Shown: one piece after another, positions 1 to 10,554 of the stretch
How positions within the stretch are numbered: the stretch's first letter is position 1
How the letters are laid out: the number at the start of each line of letters is the position of its first letter
The notes under the pieces: model-generated
Seen by the model: only the letters and a program-made list of their open reading frames with translations
Told to the model about the DNA's origin: nothing
Database searches by the model: none
Program-made: the position numbers and the translations under genes
DNA from: Candidatus Latescibacterota bacterium
GTDB taxonomy: Bacteria > Latescibacterota > CBDEFO01
Assembly: GCA_965248755.1 (NCBI GenBank)
Contig: OZ252149.1
Span: 1,984,001-2,048,000, forward strand
Direction: 5' to 3'
Length of the DNA: 64,000 nucleotides

Positions 1-60
1 CAATTCTGGCCTGTCGAATGAAGCCACGAAATCCTATCCCTATTATACTTGCCTGTATAG

Positions 61-1087
61 TCAATGAAAAAGGGTAGCATTAATGTACCGGGCGTACTCG
101 GTCTCATAATTGTCTCCCGGATACATCTCTTCAAGTTCATATGGGAAATAGCCAGACAGACCTTTCCAAAGAGTCATCCCGCAGGGTCTAGTATGAAGAT
201 CTGCCCTGAACTTTTCGTGATCGTTAGGAGATATGACGTACAACTTAAGTCCATGTTTGGCTATCGAACTGGCAATGATTTCGTTGATGTGTGCGTCACG
301 AAACCCATACCCGATCACCAGAAGACGCCTGTTCGGGAAAGAGAGAACCTGCTTGAAAGTCTTGAAGTACCAGTCCAATAGCGGTTCGCAATCTATTTGC
401 TCAGGTTTATTCCTACCTATGACCATAGCATGCTTTCCATCACTCGACAGCCAGTTCTGCGATCCATGCAGTTTCACATAGTGAAACCGGCCAGAGCTGG
501 ATAGCTTCTCATTGTCATCAACGATGATGTTCTCAATTTTGTCTATTTTCGGGAGGACAATCATATCACTATTGGTCAAACAACGAGTCCATTTTCCATC
601 CATATCTCGCATGTGATGCGGCAAGCCAGGTTTTGTCAGATGCACAGTGTCAACAAGCAAGGAATACCACCGCTCGACAAAGAGATCCTGATTCAACGTG
701 AAAAAGTATCCCCTAAGTATTCCCTCCTTTTTCTCCGGCGAAGTTCCCAATGAGCCGATTCACGCCGTAAATGTTCACGGGATATGGCGATTCCGATCCA
801 GAGGTGAAGTTACGAACGACTACGTCGAGCTTCTCGTATGCTCTGGTAACAGCCTTCATCAAGGCCTGCTGGTCGTCAAACTCATAGTCGCCATAGATGA
901 CTTTGAAGTAGACTGATTCGTAGTCCAAATCGTCTTTCAGGAGATGGACTAAAGACGGATATCTTTTGACTTCCTGACTGTTGAAGATTTGAGCCCACAT
1001 GTCTTTGGCGAGAAAGCCCCCAAAGTTGTGGGTAAAACCAGCTCCGGTCAGTAAGACAGGTTCGAGGATCTTGAAATTAATTCCCAA
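61..1087 (-). pseudogene. SIR2-like (SIR2_2) NAD-binding/NADase-family protein, split by a frameshift near 715-750
   Basis: ORF 713..1087 has the N-terminal VLLTGAGF motif. ORF 61..750 continues with FFTLNQD, YVKLHGS and LLVIGYGFRDAHIN, the ordered SIR2_2 motifs. The two frames overlap at GAGAAAAAGGAGGG. Confidence 0.8.
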
Positions 1088-1088
1088 G

Positions 1089-1288
1089 GTGTCCTATAAA
1101 ATTATCGAAATACAAATACAGAAACCTGGTGTCCAAATAGTGTCCATAGCCTGTCAACAGTGGTATAAAATCATATAACTTTATAATAATACATAGAAGT
1201 GATAAGATCAAACAAGAATAAGGTCTTATCATCTATATACTTGTTTAATAGTGTCTTATGAGTAATGGTTTTGTCGCATTGACAGTGC
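1089..1288. other. possible integrative-element end (arm-type repeats plus att-core-like tRNA fragment)
   Basis: GTGTCC at 1089, 1129 and 1140 (GTGTCCAAATAGTGTCCA), an AT-rich spacer, then TCGCA-TTGACAG-TGC at 1274-1288, resembling a tRNA-Val(GAC) anticodon arm. Confidence 0.35.
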
Positions 1289-1322
1289 TGACCGTGAATA
1301 AAGAATAGGTAAGACGGTGGAG

Positions 1323-2858
1323 CTACCAGTGTCTCCATGCCTTCTCGTAATACGACAAAAGCGCAGGCTTGATGAGGGTGTTAAGCTCTGTCTCCACAGA
1401 GTCTATATCTTTGCCGAATGCGAACATGGAAGGGACCGTTTTCGTATTCAGAAATTTGGTAGGTACAGTGATTCGTATATCGTCTATATTAAAGTCCGTC
1501 CTGGAGGCAAGGTTGAATCCCCAATCTCCGAAAGACGGCACGTTCAAGTGGTAAGGGCGCACGATCAATCCACAAGATTCTATCGTCTTGTTTATACACC
1601 AGAAGGCCTCTCTTGCAAAGAAAGGGGACGTGCTCTGGAGCGAGGCGAAGCCTCCTTCTTCTATGTGCTCTTTTAGCATGAAGTAAAAGTGCCTGCTGTA
1701 AAGTTTGTTGACAGACTCGTTGTTCGGGTCAGGAAGGTCTACGGCGATGAAGCCATAAAGGTCTGAAGTAGTTCTCAAGAACTGATATGCATCATGCTGG
1801 ATTATGCGGACTCTACGATCTTCCAGGACTCCCTCATTTAGGTCCGAAATCAGCCGATGCGTCCGGCAGATCTCCACTACGTCCTTGTCTATGTCCACGA
1901 GCGTCACGCTCTCCACATCTGGATATTTTAGGATCTCCCTTAGCGCCAGACCGTCTCCGCCGCCGAGTATGAGAATATTCTTTCTGGATAGAGAAAGAGA
2001 CATTCCCGGATGGACTAAAGCTTCGTGATACCGATATTCGTCTGTGGAGGAGAACTGTATATGTCCGTCCAGAAAGAGCCGCACGTCCTTTTTGGCCTTC
2101 GTCAAAACGATCCTTTGATACGGACTCTGCTTCCTTAAGATAATAGGGTATCTATAGAGCCTCTGTTCTATGTAGTTTTCTACTGGCTCTGACCAGAGGT
2201 AAGCGGCTGTAAGCAGAATAGTGGACAACACGCACAAGAGGCTTAAAAGGCGCACCTTTGATATCTGCCTTTTGTATTTGAACGCACAGGCAAGAGCGAC
2301 CCCGACGTTGGCGATGCCGATTAGGATTGACGTCTTAATGAGTCCTAAATGGGGAAGCAGAATAAGGGGAAAAGCGACCGAACCCAACAGGGCGCCTATG
2401 TAGTCAAATCCGAGCATATTTCCCAACGTTACCCTCAGATTAGAGTTATACTCATCTGCTAGCCTTATAAGGAGCGGAATCTCAAGTCCAATCATGGTGC
2501 CGATAGAGAGGATGAACAGGTACATGACTGGTCTATAGACGCTTGTGTAAGCGTAAGTGGAAAACAGGGCGATGACGGATATTCCCCCGATTGCTCCGAT
2601 AGCGATCTCAATAGAAACAAACTTTTCCAAAAGCTTCGTCCTGACCTTTGTGGATAAAAAAGAACCGATCCCAAAAGATGTCATAAAAAGGCCGATAGTT
2701 ATGGAAAACTGCAGGACGCTGTTGCCCAGAAGATAGGATGAAGCAGTACCGATGATAAGTTCGTAAGTTATCCCGCAGACGGCGATAATCATCAACGTGG
2801 TAGCCAGAAAGGTCAGGGATACTCCCTTTTCGGATTTGTCTGCAGTGGGTCTTTGCAT
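1323..2858 (-). CDS. speE: polyamine aminopropyltransferase (spermidine synthase) with N-terminal membrane domain
   Basis: Multi-TM N-terminus (CGITYELIIG, DYIGALLG), then SPYQRI, LFLDGHIQFS, YHEALVH, ILILGGGDGL, VDLPDP and VPSFGDWGF. Confidence 0.9.
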   Translation of the reverse strand: MQRPTADKSEKGVSLTFLATTLMIIAVCGITYELIIGTASSYLLGNSVLQFSITIGLFMTSFGIGSFLSTKVRTKLLEKFVSIEIAIGAIGGISVIALFSTYAYTSVYRPVMYLFILSIGTMIGLEIPLLIRLADEYNSNLRVTLGNMLGFDYIGALLGSVAFPLILLPHLGLIKTSILIGIANVGVALACAFKYKRQISKVRLLSLLCVLSTILLTAAYLWSEPVENYIEQRLYRYPIILRKQSPYQRIVLTKAKKDVRLFLDGHIQFSSTDEYRYHEALVHPGMSLSLSRKNILILGGGDGLALREILKYPDVESVTLVDIDKDVVEICRTHRLISDLNEGVLEDRRVRIIQHDAYQFLRTTSDLYGFIAVDLPDPNNESVNKLYSRHFYFMLKEHIEEGGFASLQSTSPFFAREAFWCINKTIESCGLIVRPYHLNVPSFGDWGFNLASRTDFNIDDIRITVPTKFLNTKTVPSMFAFGKDIDSVETELNTLIKPALLSYYEKAWRHW

Positions 2859-2974
2859 TGTAATCGAAAGTTCCGTTAATAAGTGAGACTTCCAGCGTGA
2901 TCCCCGATTCGTCTTTCGAGGCTATACCTAATATACTTCTTAATATCCTAAAATCAAGCGTCTTATGTTGCTCT

Positions 2975-2995
2975 CTCCGATTGAATATATCGGGG
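2975..2995. repeat. family-A short palindrome, degenerate reverse-orientation copy
   Basis: CTCCGATTGAATATATCGGGG versus the reverse complement of the consensus, CCCCGATTGAATCTATCGGGG. Confidence 0.6.
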
Positions 2996-3187
2996 CTATG
3001 CCTGGTGTGAACAAAAATTCCTTTACATTAGCATGTTTCTTCTATATTTTAAGAATGAGAATACGCCTCCGATATGGACAGTAGGGCAATTCAAAATCCT
3101 AATATTATATAAGAAAAGGAACTATTTGATAGATGTGGTGGAAAAGATAACAGACCTATATAGAGTTCCACTTAAGAAAACAAAAAT

Positions 3188-6100
3188 ATGAAATCAGATC
3201 TAACTTTTATCACAAACGAAGAAAATATAAATCTCTTAGACAGATTTAAGGTGCTCATTAAAGATACCAAGTTCTTTGATGTTTTAGTTGTCTATTTTTA
3301 CACTAGCGGGTTCTACGCACTCTATAAGGCGCTGGAGGAAACACAAAAGATCAGAATTCTTATCGGAATCAGCACAAACAGAAGAACAGTGGAGCATATT
3401 CGGAAATCTCAGCAAGAGGTTATGCAGTTTTCTCACGCAGAAACCAAACATCACTTCTCAGATTTAATCGCAGACGAAATGGAAAATACAGAAGACAGCA
3501 AGCGTGTTGAAGAGGGGGTGGTAAAGTTTTTGGAATGGTTGCAAAACGGGAAATTGGAAATAAAGGCATACCCCACTGAAAATATTCACGCAAAGCTTTA
3601 CGTTATGTCGTTTGAGGAAGGCGACCGCGATGCGGGTAGGGTTATCACCGGTTCAAGCAATTTCACACAAGCAGGATTGGTGGACAATTTAGAGTTTAAC
3701 GTGGAACTGAAAAACCGAACTGATTATGAATTTGCAAAAGACAAATTTGACGAACTTTGGGAGAACGCGGTTGATGTAAAAGACAAATATATTCAGACAA
3801 TTCAAGAGCGAACGTGGCTGAATAACACTATCACTCCCTATCAGCTCTATCTCAAATTTTTGTACGAATATTTTAAAGACGAGATCAGTCGAACCGATGA
3901 AGTGTTTTTCAAATATGTCCCTACCGAATTTAAGAAATTTGAATATCAAGAACAGGCGGTACTCAACGCGAAAAAGATCCTTGAAGAATACGGCGGGGTG
4001 TTCATCTCAGATGTTGTCGGGCTTGGCAAGACCTATATGTCGGCTATGCTTGCCAACCAGCTTGACGGTAGAACACTGGTTCTTGCGCCGCCCGTACTTT
4101 TAGAAAAAGCTAATCCCGGAGGCTGGCCGAATGTCTTTTCCGACTTCCGAGTAGCGGCGGACTTTGAATCATTGGGCAAATTAGACCAGGTTATCAGGCG
4201 TGGCACGGAAAAGTATAAAAATATATTTATCGATGAAGCGCATCGCTTTCGGACGGAATCAAATATTACTTACGAAAAACTTGCCCAGATTTGCCGAGGC
4301 AAAAGAGTAGTCCTCGTTACCGCTACGCCCTATAACAATTCACCTACGGATATTCTAAGTCAGATTAAACTGTTCCAAAACGCTAAGAAGAGCACTATCC
4401 CAAATGTGCCGAATTTAGAATCATTTTTTGGGAGATTAGAGAAGAATGCAAAGGATTTAGACAGACAGAAAGACCACGATAAGTACATCAAGATCACAAA
4501 AGAAAACGCCAAGGCGATTCGTGAGCAAGTCTTGAAGTATTTAATGGTGAGAAGAACAAGGGCAGAAATTGAAAAGTTTTTTAGCGATGACCTGAAGAAT
4601 CAAAAGCTAAAATTTCCCGAAGTGGTGGACCCCGAAGCCGTCTTTTATGAATTGAACGATGACGAAAACAAGATCTTTAACAAGACAGTGGAGCTTGTGG
4701 CCCAAAAGTTCAAGTATGTCCGCTACACGCCTATGCTTTACTACAAAGGTGAAGTGACCCAGCCGGAAACATTGGCGCAAAGGAACATGGGCAAGTTTAT
4801 GAAAATCCTCTTAGTTAAACGGCTGGAGAGCAGTTTCTACGCCTTCAACAATTCTGTAGGCAGATTCATTACTTCCTACGAGCGATTTTTGGAAGAGCTT
4901 GAAAGAGGGAATGTGTATGTCAGTAAAAAGCACACTAATAAAATCTTTGAATTGCTTGAAAATGACGACGATGAAGCAATCCAGAAACTTATAGACAAAG
5001 ATAAGGCTAGAACATATGCAGCCAAAGATTTTAGGAGTAAGTTTAAAGAGGACCTGGCATACGACCTGGGTATTTTAAGAGAAATCCAAAGTCTATGGCG
5101 CGAGGTTGAACGTGACCCCAAGCTCTTGTCGTTTGTTAATCTTCTGTTCTCTCGTACCATTCTGCAAAAGAACAAACTGATCGCCTTTACCGAGTCAAGA
5201 GAGACCGCTGAATATCTGGCAAGGAAACTTGAACAGAACTTTCCCGGCGCCGTGCTTTCATATACTGGCAAATCAAGCGCAGCAGTTCGGGAAAAAGTGA
5301 TCGAAAATTTTGACGCGAGAGCCCGTTTTCCCAAAGACGACTATCGAATCCTCATCTCGACAGAAGTATTGTCAGAAGGCGTCAACCTTCACGCGTCTAA
5401 TATCGTCATTAACTACGATATTCCCTGGAATCCAACTCGGCTTATGCAAAGAGTCGGACGCGTCAACCGCGTTGATGTCACATTTGACAAAATCTACACC
5501 TTCAATTTTTTTCCTACCGAACAGGCAAACGACCAGATCAAGCTCAGAGAAGCCGCTGAAGCTAAAATACACGCATTTATAACCCTTTTGGGAACAGACG
5601 CCCGACTTCTGACCGAAGGCGAGGCTATTGAGTCGTACGAGCTATTTGATCGCCTTATCTCAAAAAATACTATAACTGGTGAAGGCGAGTCTGTGGAAAG
5701 CGAGCTTGAGTATCTGCAAACCATTAGAACTATCCGGGACAACGACCCCGATCTATTTGCGAAGATTAAGCGCCTGCCGAAAAAGGCAAGAACCGCGAGG
5801 CAGCATGATGATGCAGAAAGTCAGCTTTTGACCTATTTCCGAAAAGGCAAACTCCAAAAATTCTTTCTGGTTGGTAACGGAGAGCCAGAGGAGCTTGATT
5901 TTATCAGCGCGGCAAAGCAATTGAAAGTGGAAGAAAACACTGCTCGCGAAAAATTGGGCAGCGGTTTTTACGAGATGCTGGACAAGAACAAAAAAGCGTT
6001 TGAGTTTGCCACAATGGAGGAGGAGCTGCCGGAGTTAAAAAGGAAAGGCGGTCGTGACAGCGCCAGCCAGCTACATAAAATCTTGAAGGCGATGAAAGAT

Positions 6101-6367
6101 TTGAGACAGTTTACGGACGACCAAGAAATCTATCGCAAAAAAGTGATCAAGCAATTGGAAGAAGGCGGCCTGCCAAAGCAGACTACAAAGAAAACGCTTC
6201 AAGAACTGAAGCGGGAGTTAAAAAACGGTGTAAACCCTTTGAAAATGCTTGCGGTCCTGCAAAAGAATATCCCCGTTGAATTTCTGCAGGGCCACATTGC
6301 AGAAGGGGCCGCGCACACCTTTGGTCCAAGAGAAGTTATCTTGTCTGAATATTTGATCGGTGAATAA
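3188..6367 (+). CDS. PLD (HKD) nuclease-domain / SNF2-like SF2 helicase fusion, restriction/defence associated
   Basis: IHAKLY...ITGSSNFT (PLD); DVVGLGKT Walker A, DEAH, TATP, SEGVNLH and QRVGRVNR helicase motifs. Its stop overlaps the MTase start (TAATG). Confidence 0.88.
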   Translation: MKSDLTFITNEENINLLDRFKVLIKDTKFFDVLVVYFYTSGFYALYKALEETQKIRILIGISTNRRTVEHIRKSQQEVMQFSHAETKHHFSDLIADEMENTEDSKRVEEGVVKFLEWLQNGKLEIKAYPTENIHAKLYVMSFEEGDRDAGRVITGSSNFTQAGLVDNLEFNVELKNRTDYEFAKDKFDELWENAVDVKDKYIQTIQERTWLNNTITPYQLYLKFLYEYFKDEISRTDEVFFKYVPTEFKKFEYQEQAVLNAKKILEEYGGVFISDVVGLGKTYMSAMLANQLDGRTLVLAPPVLLEKANPGGWPNVFSDFRVAADFESLGKLDQVIRRGTEKYKNIFIDEAHRFRTESNITYEKLAQICRGKRVVLVTATPYNNSPTDILSQIKLFQNAKKSTIPNVPNLESFFGRLEKNAKDLDRQKDHDKYIKITKENAKAIREQVLKYLMVRRTRAEIEKFFSDDLKNQKLKFPEVVDPEAVFYELNDDENKIFNKTVELVAQKFKYVRYTPMLYYKGEVTQPETLAQRNMGKFMKILLVKRLESSFYAFNNSVGRFITSYERFLEELERGNVYVSKKHTNKIFELLENDDDEAIQKLIDKDKARTYAAKDFRSKFKEDLAYDLGILREIQSLWREVERDPKLLSFVNLLFSRTILQKNKLIAFTESRETAEYLARKLEQNFPGAVLSYTGKSSAAVREKVIENFDARARFPKDDYRILISTEVLSEGVNLHASNIVINYDIPWNPTRLMQRVGRVNRVDVTFDKIYTFNFFPTEQANDQIKLREAAEAKIHAFITLLGTDARLLTEGEAIESYELFDRLISKNTITGEGESVESELEYLQTIRTIRDNDPDLFAKIKRLPKKARTARQHDDAESQLLTYFRKGKLQKFFLVGNGEPEELDFISAAKQLKVEENTAREKLGSGFYEMLDKNKKAFEFATMEEELPELKRKGGRDSASQLHKILKAMKDLRQFTDDQEIYRKKVIKQLEEGGLPKQTTKKTLQELKRELKNGVNPLKMLAVLQKNIPVEFLQGHIAEGAAHTFGPREVILSEYLIGE

Positions 6368-9300
6368 TGGATAAAGATTCTGCCAAAAAGTTAATTCGGG
6401 AAACCTTTCAAAATCCTTTTGACAAGGGACGTTTTGTCTCTTTTGTAAAAAATCTGCTGAATCATATTGAAGATGCCCCTTTTACCTACCAGGGCAATCT
6501 TATTCCCGATAGCTACAAACCTTATATAAGCAAGTATGAAAGAATTGGAAAATACCACAATGGTGAAAACAGGATTGATATACTGATTGTTCACCTTAAT
6601 CGAGAAAAATCAATTGAACGCGCCCGCACCACGCAGCGCAAGTTTATTGCCGGATACTTGCAAGGAAAATACGGTAGTTCGAATGACAAGGAAGCGGCTA
6701 TAGTAGCTTTTGTTTCTCCAAGCGAAGCGGACTGGCGATTTTCTTTAGTTAAAATGGATTACCGCTTGGAAGAGGGGGAAGACGGAAAAGTGAAAGTTAA
6801 ACAAGAACTTACTCATGCCAGGCGTTTTTCTTTTTTAGTAGGCAAAAACGAAAACAGCCATACCGCCCAGAGCCAGTTAGAGCCAATTCTCTCTGATGAT
6901 GAAAACAATCCCTCGCTCAAACAGTTGGAAGAAGCGTTTAGTATCGAAAAAGTTACAAAAGAATTCTTTGAAAAATACCGAGACCTTTTCCTCAAGCTCA
7001 AAGAATCTCTGGATGAGATTGTTAAAAAGGACGAAAAAGTTAAAGCAGACTTTGAAGAAAAGGGCGTTGATACCGTTGATTTTGCGAAAAAACTTATGGG
7101 ACAAGTGTTGTTTTTGTATTTTCTGCAGAAGAAAGGCTGGTTCGGAGTCAAGAGCGGTGAAAAATGGGGTTCGGGGTCAAAGCATTTTTTGCGCGAGCTT
7201 TTTGCTAAAAAACACGGTGATTACAAAAATTTCTTTAACGACATTTTAGAAGTACTTTTTTATGCAGCGTTGCGAAACGACCGTTCACACGATGACCACT
7301 ATTTCAGTCAATTTAGATGCAAGATTCCTTTTTTAAACGGCGGTCTCTTTGATCCAACGAATGATTATGACTGGTATGGGACGGATATTCTTCTTCCAGA
7401 TGAAGTTTTTTCAAATGATTTTAAAACTAAAGAAGACGATACCGGAACTGGAGTTTTAGATGTCTTTGATCGGTATAACTTTACGGTGAAAGAAGACGAG
7501 CCGCTGGAAAAAGAGGTCGCCATTGACCCGGAACTACTGGGCAAAGCCTATGAAAAATTCAACGCCATCCGACCTGACAATTACGAGGAGTTTCAAGCGG
7601 CCCTAAAGAACGGCAAAAAGGGAGCTGAAAACAAATTCAACAAGAAATTCGGCGTCTATTACACGCCCCGCGAAATCGTTCACTATATGTGCAAGCAGAG
7701 TTTGATCAATTATCTTCACGCAGAATTGGAAGGCAAAGTAAGTAAGGAAGCAATCGCGTTCTTAATAATTGATGGAGAAAACCATATCGAATACCTGAAA
7801 ACTGCAAAAATAAAAAAAGATGAAAATCCTGATTATAAAGGAGAATATAAAGAAACTAAATTTAGCAATGAACTCAAAGAATATGCGGACAAAATAGACG
7901 ATTTACTCTCTCAGATAATGATTTGTGATCCGGCTATTGGTTCCGGGGCTTTTCCTGTGGGAATGATGACTGAAATTATTAAAGCGAGGTTGTTTTTCTT
8001 AGAAACTGAATATTTACCTTCAGCTTATATAAACAATCATAAAGAAAAACAAAAAAGGAATGTATACAATTTTAAGCGCGAATGTATTGAGAAATCCCTC
8101 TACGGCGTGGATATCGACCCGGGTGCAGTTGAGGTTGCCAAGTTGCGTCTCTGGCTCTCATTGGTGGTGGACGAAGAAGATATTCGGCAAATCAAGCCTC
8201 TGCCGAATCTGGATTACAAAATCGTGTGCGGAAATTCCTTGCTGGGTGTGCAAACGGACTTGTTTAACAACCAATTGTTTGTCGAGCTGGAGCGCCTGAA
8301 ACCGCTTTACTTTGACGAAACTAATCCAACAAAAAAGCAGGAATACAAAAAACGGATTGATGACTTGATCAGCCAAATTACCGATGGGCATACGGAATTT
8401 GATTTTGAGGTCTATTTCTCGGAAGTTTTCCATGAGAAGAAAGGGTTTGATGTGGTGATTGCTAATCCGCCGTATGTAAGACAAGAAACCCTTGGTAATG
8501 AATTCAAAAAATTAATGAAAAAGAACTATCCTGAAGTGGCAAATGGAATTGCTGATTTATACGTTTATTTTTTTGCTATTGCTTTTAGGCTATTCAAATC
8601 AAAAGGAACTATTACGTTCATAACACCAAATAAATACCTAAAAACAAAGTATGGGCTTCAATTAAGAAATACCTTAAGAAAATATCAAATTGATAAGATT
8701 ATTGATTTCTTTGAATTGCCTGTTTTTGAGGCTGCAAACGATACAGCAATTTCAATTGTTAGAAACGAACATGAAGTTGAAACTACAAAATATTTCCCTG
8801 TGCGTTCTTTGACTAATTTAGATTTAAACATTTTGACTCAAGGAAATTACTTGACACCCCAGAAAAACGATACTGAATGGATTTTTGTTGATAATTTTCA
8901 AAATCAAATTCTTAAAAATTTTATAAAAACTCAATCCCTTTAAAAGAATTTGTAAAAGATAAAATATATCGTGGTATCACAACTGGTTTTAATAAAGCAT
9001 TTGTTTTATCAAAAGAAACAGCTGAAGAATTATTGCGAACAGAAAGCAAAACAACTATCAAAAGATATGCTCAATCAACTACCATAAGAAAATGGTTTAT
9101 AACAGATAAAGAGAAATATTTTTTGGCAACTGGTTATGATATTGATATACCTAAAAAATGTCCAAGTGCCTATAGATTTTTGAAACAATTTGAAGAACAA
9201 CTAATGAAACGGTTAGATAAAGGTAGAAATTGGTGGAATTTACGTGCCTGCAACTATTATAATGCATTTGAAAAGCCCAAAATCATTTATATGCATACAG

Positions 9301-9710
9301 CTAAAAAACATGAATTTTATTTGGATACAGAAGGTTATTATGTCAATAATTCGTGCTATCTGATTGTTTCTGGCGATAAATTTTTGTTAAGTTTTTTAAA
9401 TTCTAAATTGTTTGAATGGTTCAAGCGTTTGAAATTTGTAGCTTATGGTGATGCAGAGGGAGGTGGCCGTTGTAAGCTGGATTACAATAAAATGATAAAC
9501 GTGCCAATAGCAAAAATCTCAAATTCTGACCAACAACCTTTCGTCACCATTGTTGACCACATCCTTGCCATCACCAAAGATGATGATTATCCGCAAAATC
9601 CGCAAAAGCAGGCAAAGGTAAAAGCGCTGGAGGGGGAGAGTGACCAGATGGTTTACCAACTCTACGACCTGACTGAGGAGGAGATACGCATTGTGAAAGG
9701 TGAGAAATAA
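6367..9710 (+). CDS. Type IIG/Eco57I-like N6-adenine DNA methyltransferase (RM enzyme) with TaqI_C-like specificity domain; frameshift at about 8914-8922
   Basis: IPFLNGGLF, GVYYTPREIV, CDPAIGSGAF, YGVDID, PLPNLD and ANPPYV. Adding one base at the A5/T4 run restores ...NSIPLKEFVKDKIYRGITTGFNKAF, continuing into ORF 9033..9710 (WWNLRAC, KPKIIY, LNSKL, VYQLYDLTEEEI). Confidence 0.85.
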
Positions 9711-9845
9711 ACAGATTCATCGGCAACAAGGCTTGCAGCTATATAGCTATATGGCCGCAATATCGGCTTGCTTATTCATAGAAATTGTTTTACTTTGACG
9801 TATTACCGGGGACTTGACAATAATTTTTTTGAAAGGTACTTGAAT

Positions 9846-10079
9846 ATGAAATTACAGCGCACTATCAAAGCTGTCATCCGGCCGGGTGAACAATCGGGAT
9901 ACGTTGCTGAATGTATGGAAATTCCGGTCGTCACCCAGGGGGCTACCCTTGATGAAGTTACGCAAAATCTTCAGGAGGCGGTGCAACTTCATCTCGAAGG
10001 CGAGGATGTTGCAGAGCTTGGTTTGGCTTCCAATCCCACCATCCTGGTGACCCTGGAACTGGAACCGGCGTATGCCTAA
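9846..10079 (+). CDS. hicB: HicB-family antitoxin (short, no DNA-binding domain)
   Basis: GYVAECMEIPVVTQGATLDEVTQNLQEAVQLHL. ATG at 9846 follows a TTGACA-17-TACTTG promoter-like site. Confidence 0.88.
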   Translation: MKLQRTIKAVIRPGEQSGYVAECMEIPVVTQGATLDEVTQNLQEAVQLHLEGEDVAELGLASNPTILVTLELEPAYA

Positions 10080-10314
10080 GCTGCGCCGTTTATCAGGTCC
10101 CGCTGTAGTTCGGATTCTGGAAGATTTTGGCTTTCTTATGTTTTCACAGAGAGGGAGTCATATCAAATTAAGGCGAATAACCGAGACAGGGGAAAAACAG
10201 ACTCTCACCATCCCGAACCACAAACAATTAGATACGGGAACTTGTAAGGCTATTTTTCGACAGGCCACTCGATTTATCACTGCGGACGAATTGCGTCCCC
10301 ATTTTTATGAGTGA
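10072..10314 (+). CDS. hicA: HicA-family mRNA interferase toxin
   Basis: MPKLRRLSG...LEDFGF...QRGSHIKL...TIPNHKQLDTGT; overlaps hicB. Confidence 0.9.
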   Translation: MPKLRRLSGPAVVRILEDFGFLMFSQRGSHIKLRRITETGEKQTLTIPNHKQLDTGTCKAIFRQATRFITADELRPHFYE

Positions 10315-10554
10315 AAAGAGGAAACACGGATTGTGGAGAATTCCAATAAGAAATGAAAAGTATTATGACCTCCCTTGAATCTCTCAGTACTCAAAATCCA
10401 GTTACGAGATTTGAGCAACTTTTGCCTAAAAAATATCATAATATCTGATTGACAAGGAGAACAGTGTAACGATTTCATTTCATTCGGTCGCCTTGGTGGC
10501 AGATGACTTCACTGGTTCATCGAAAATCTTAGCTCGAAATTAGGGGAACTCCTT

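Noticed and set aside
713..750. Programmed ribosomal frameshift in the SIR2 gene
   Set aside because: The join needs a +1 shift, whereas AAAAAG-type slippery sites promote -1; mutation or sequencing error is simpler.
3188..9710. Labelling the cassette DISARM or BREX
   Set aside because: No DrmA/DrmB (DUF1998), PglZ or BrxC genes are present in the window.
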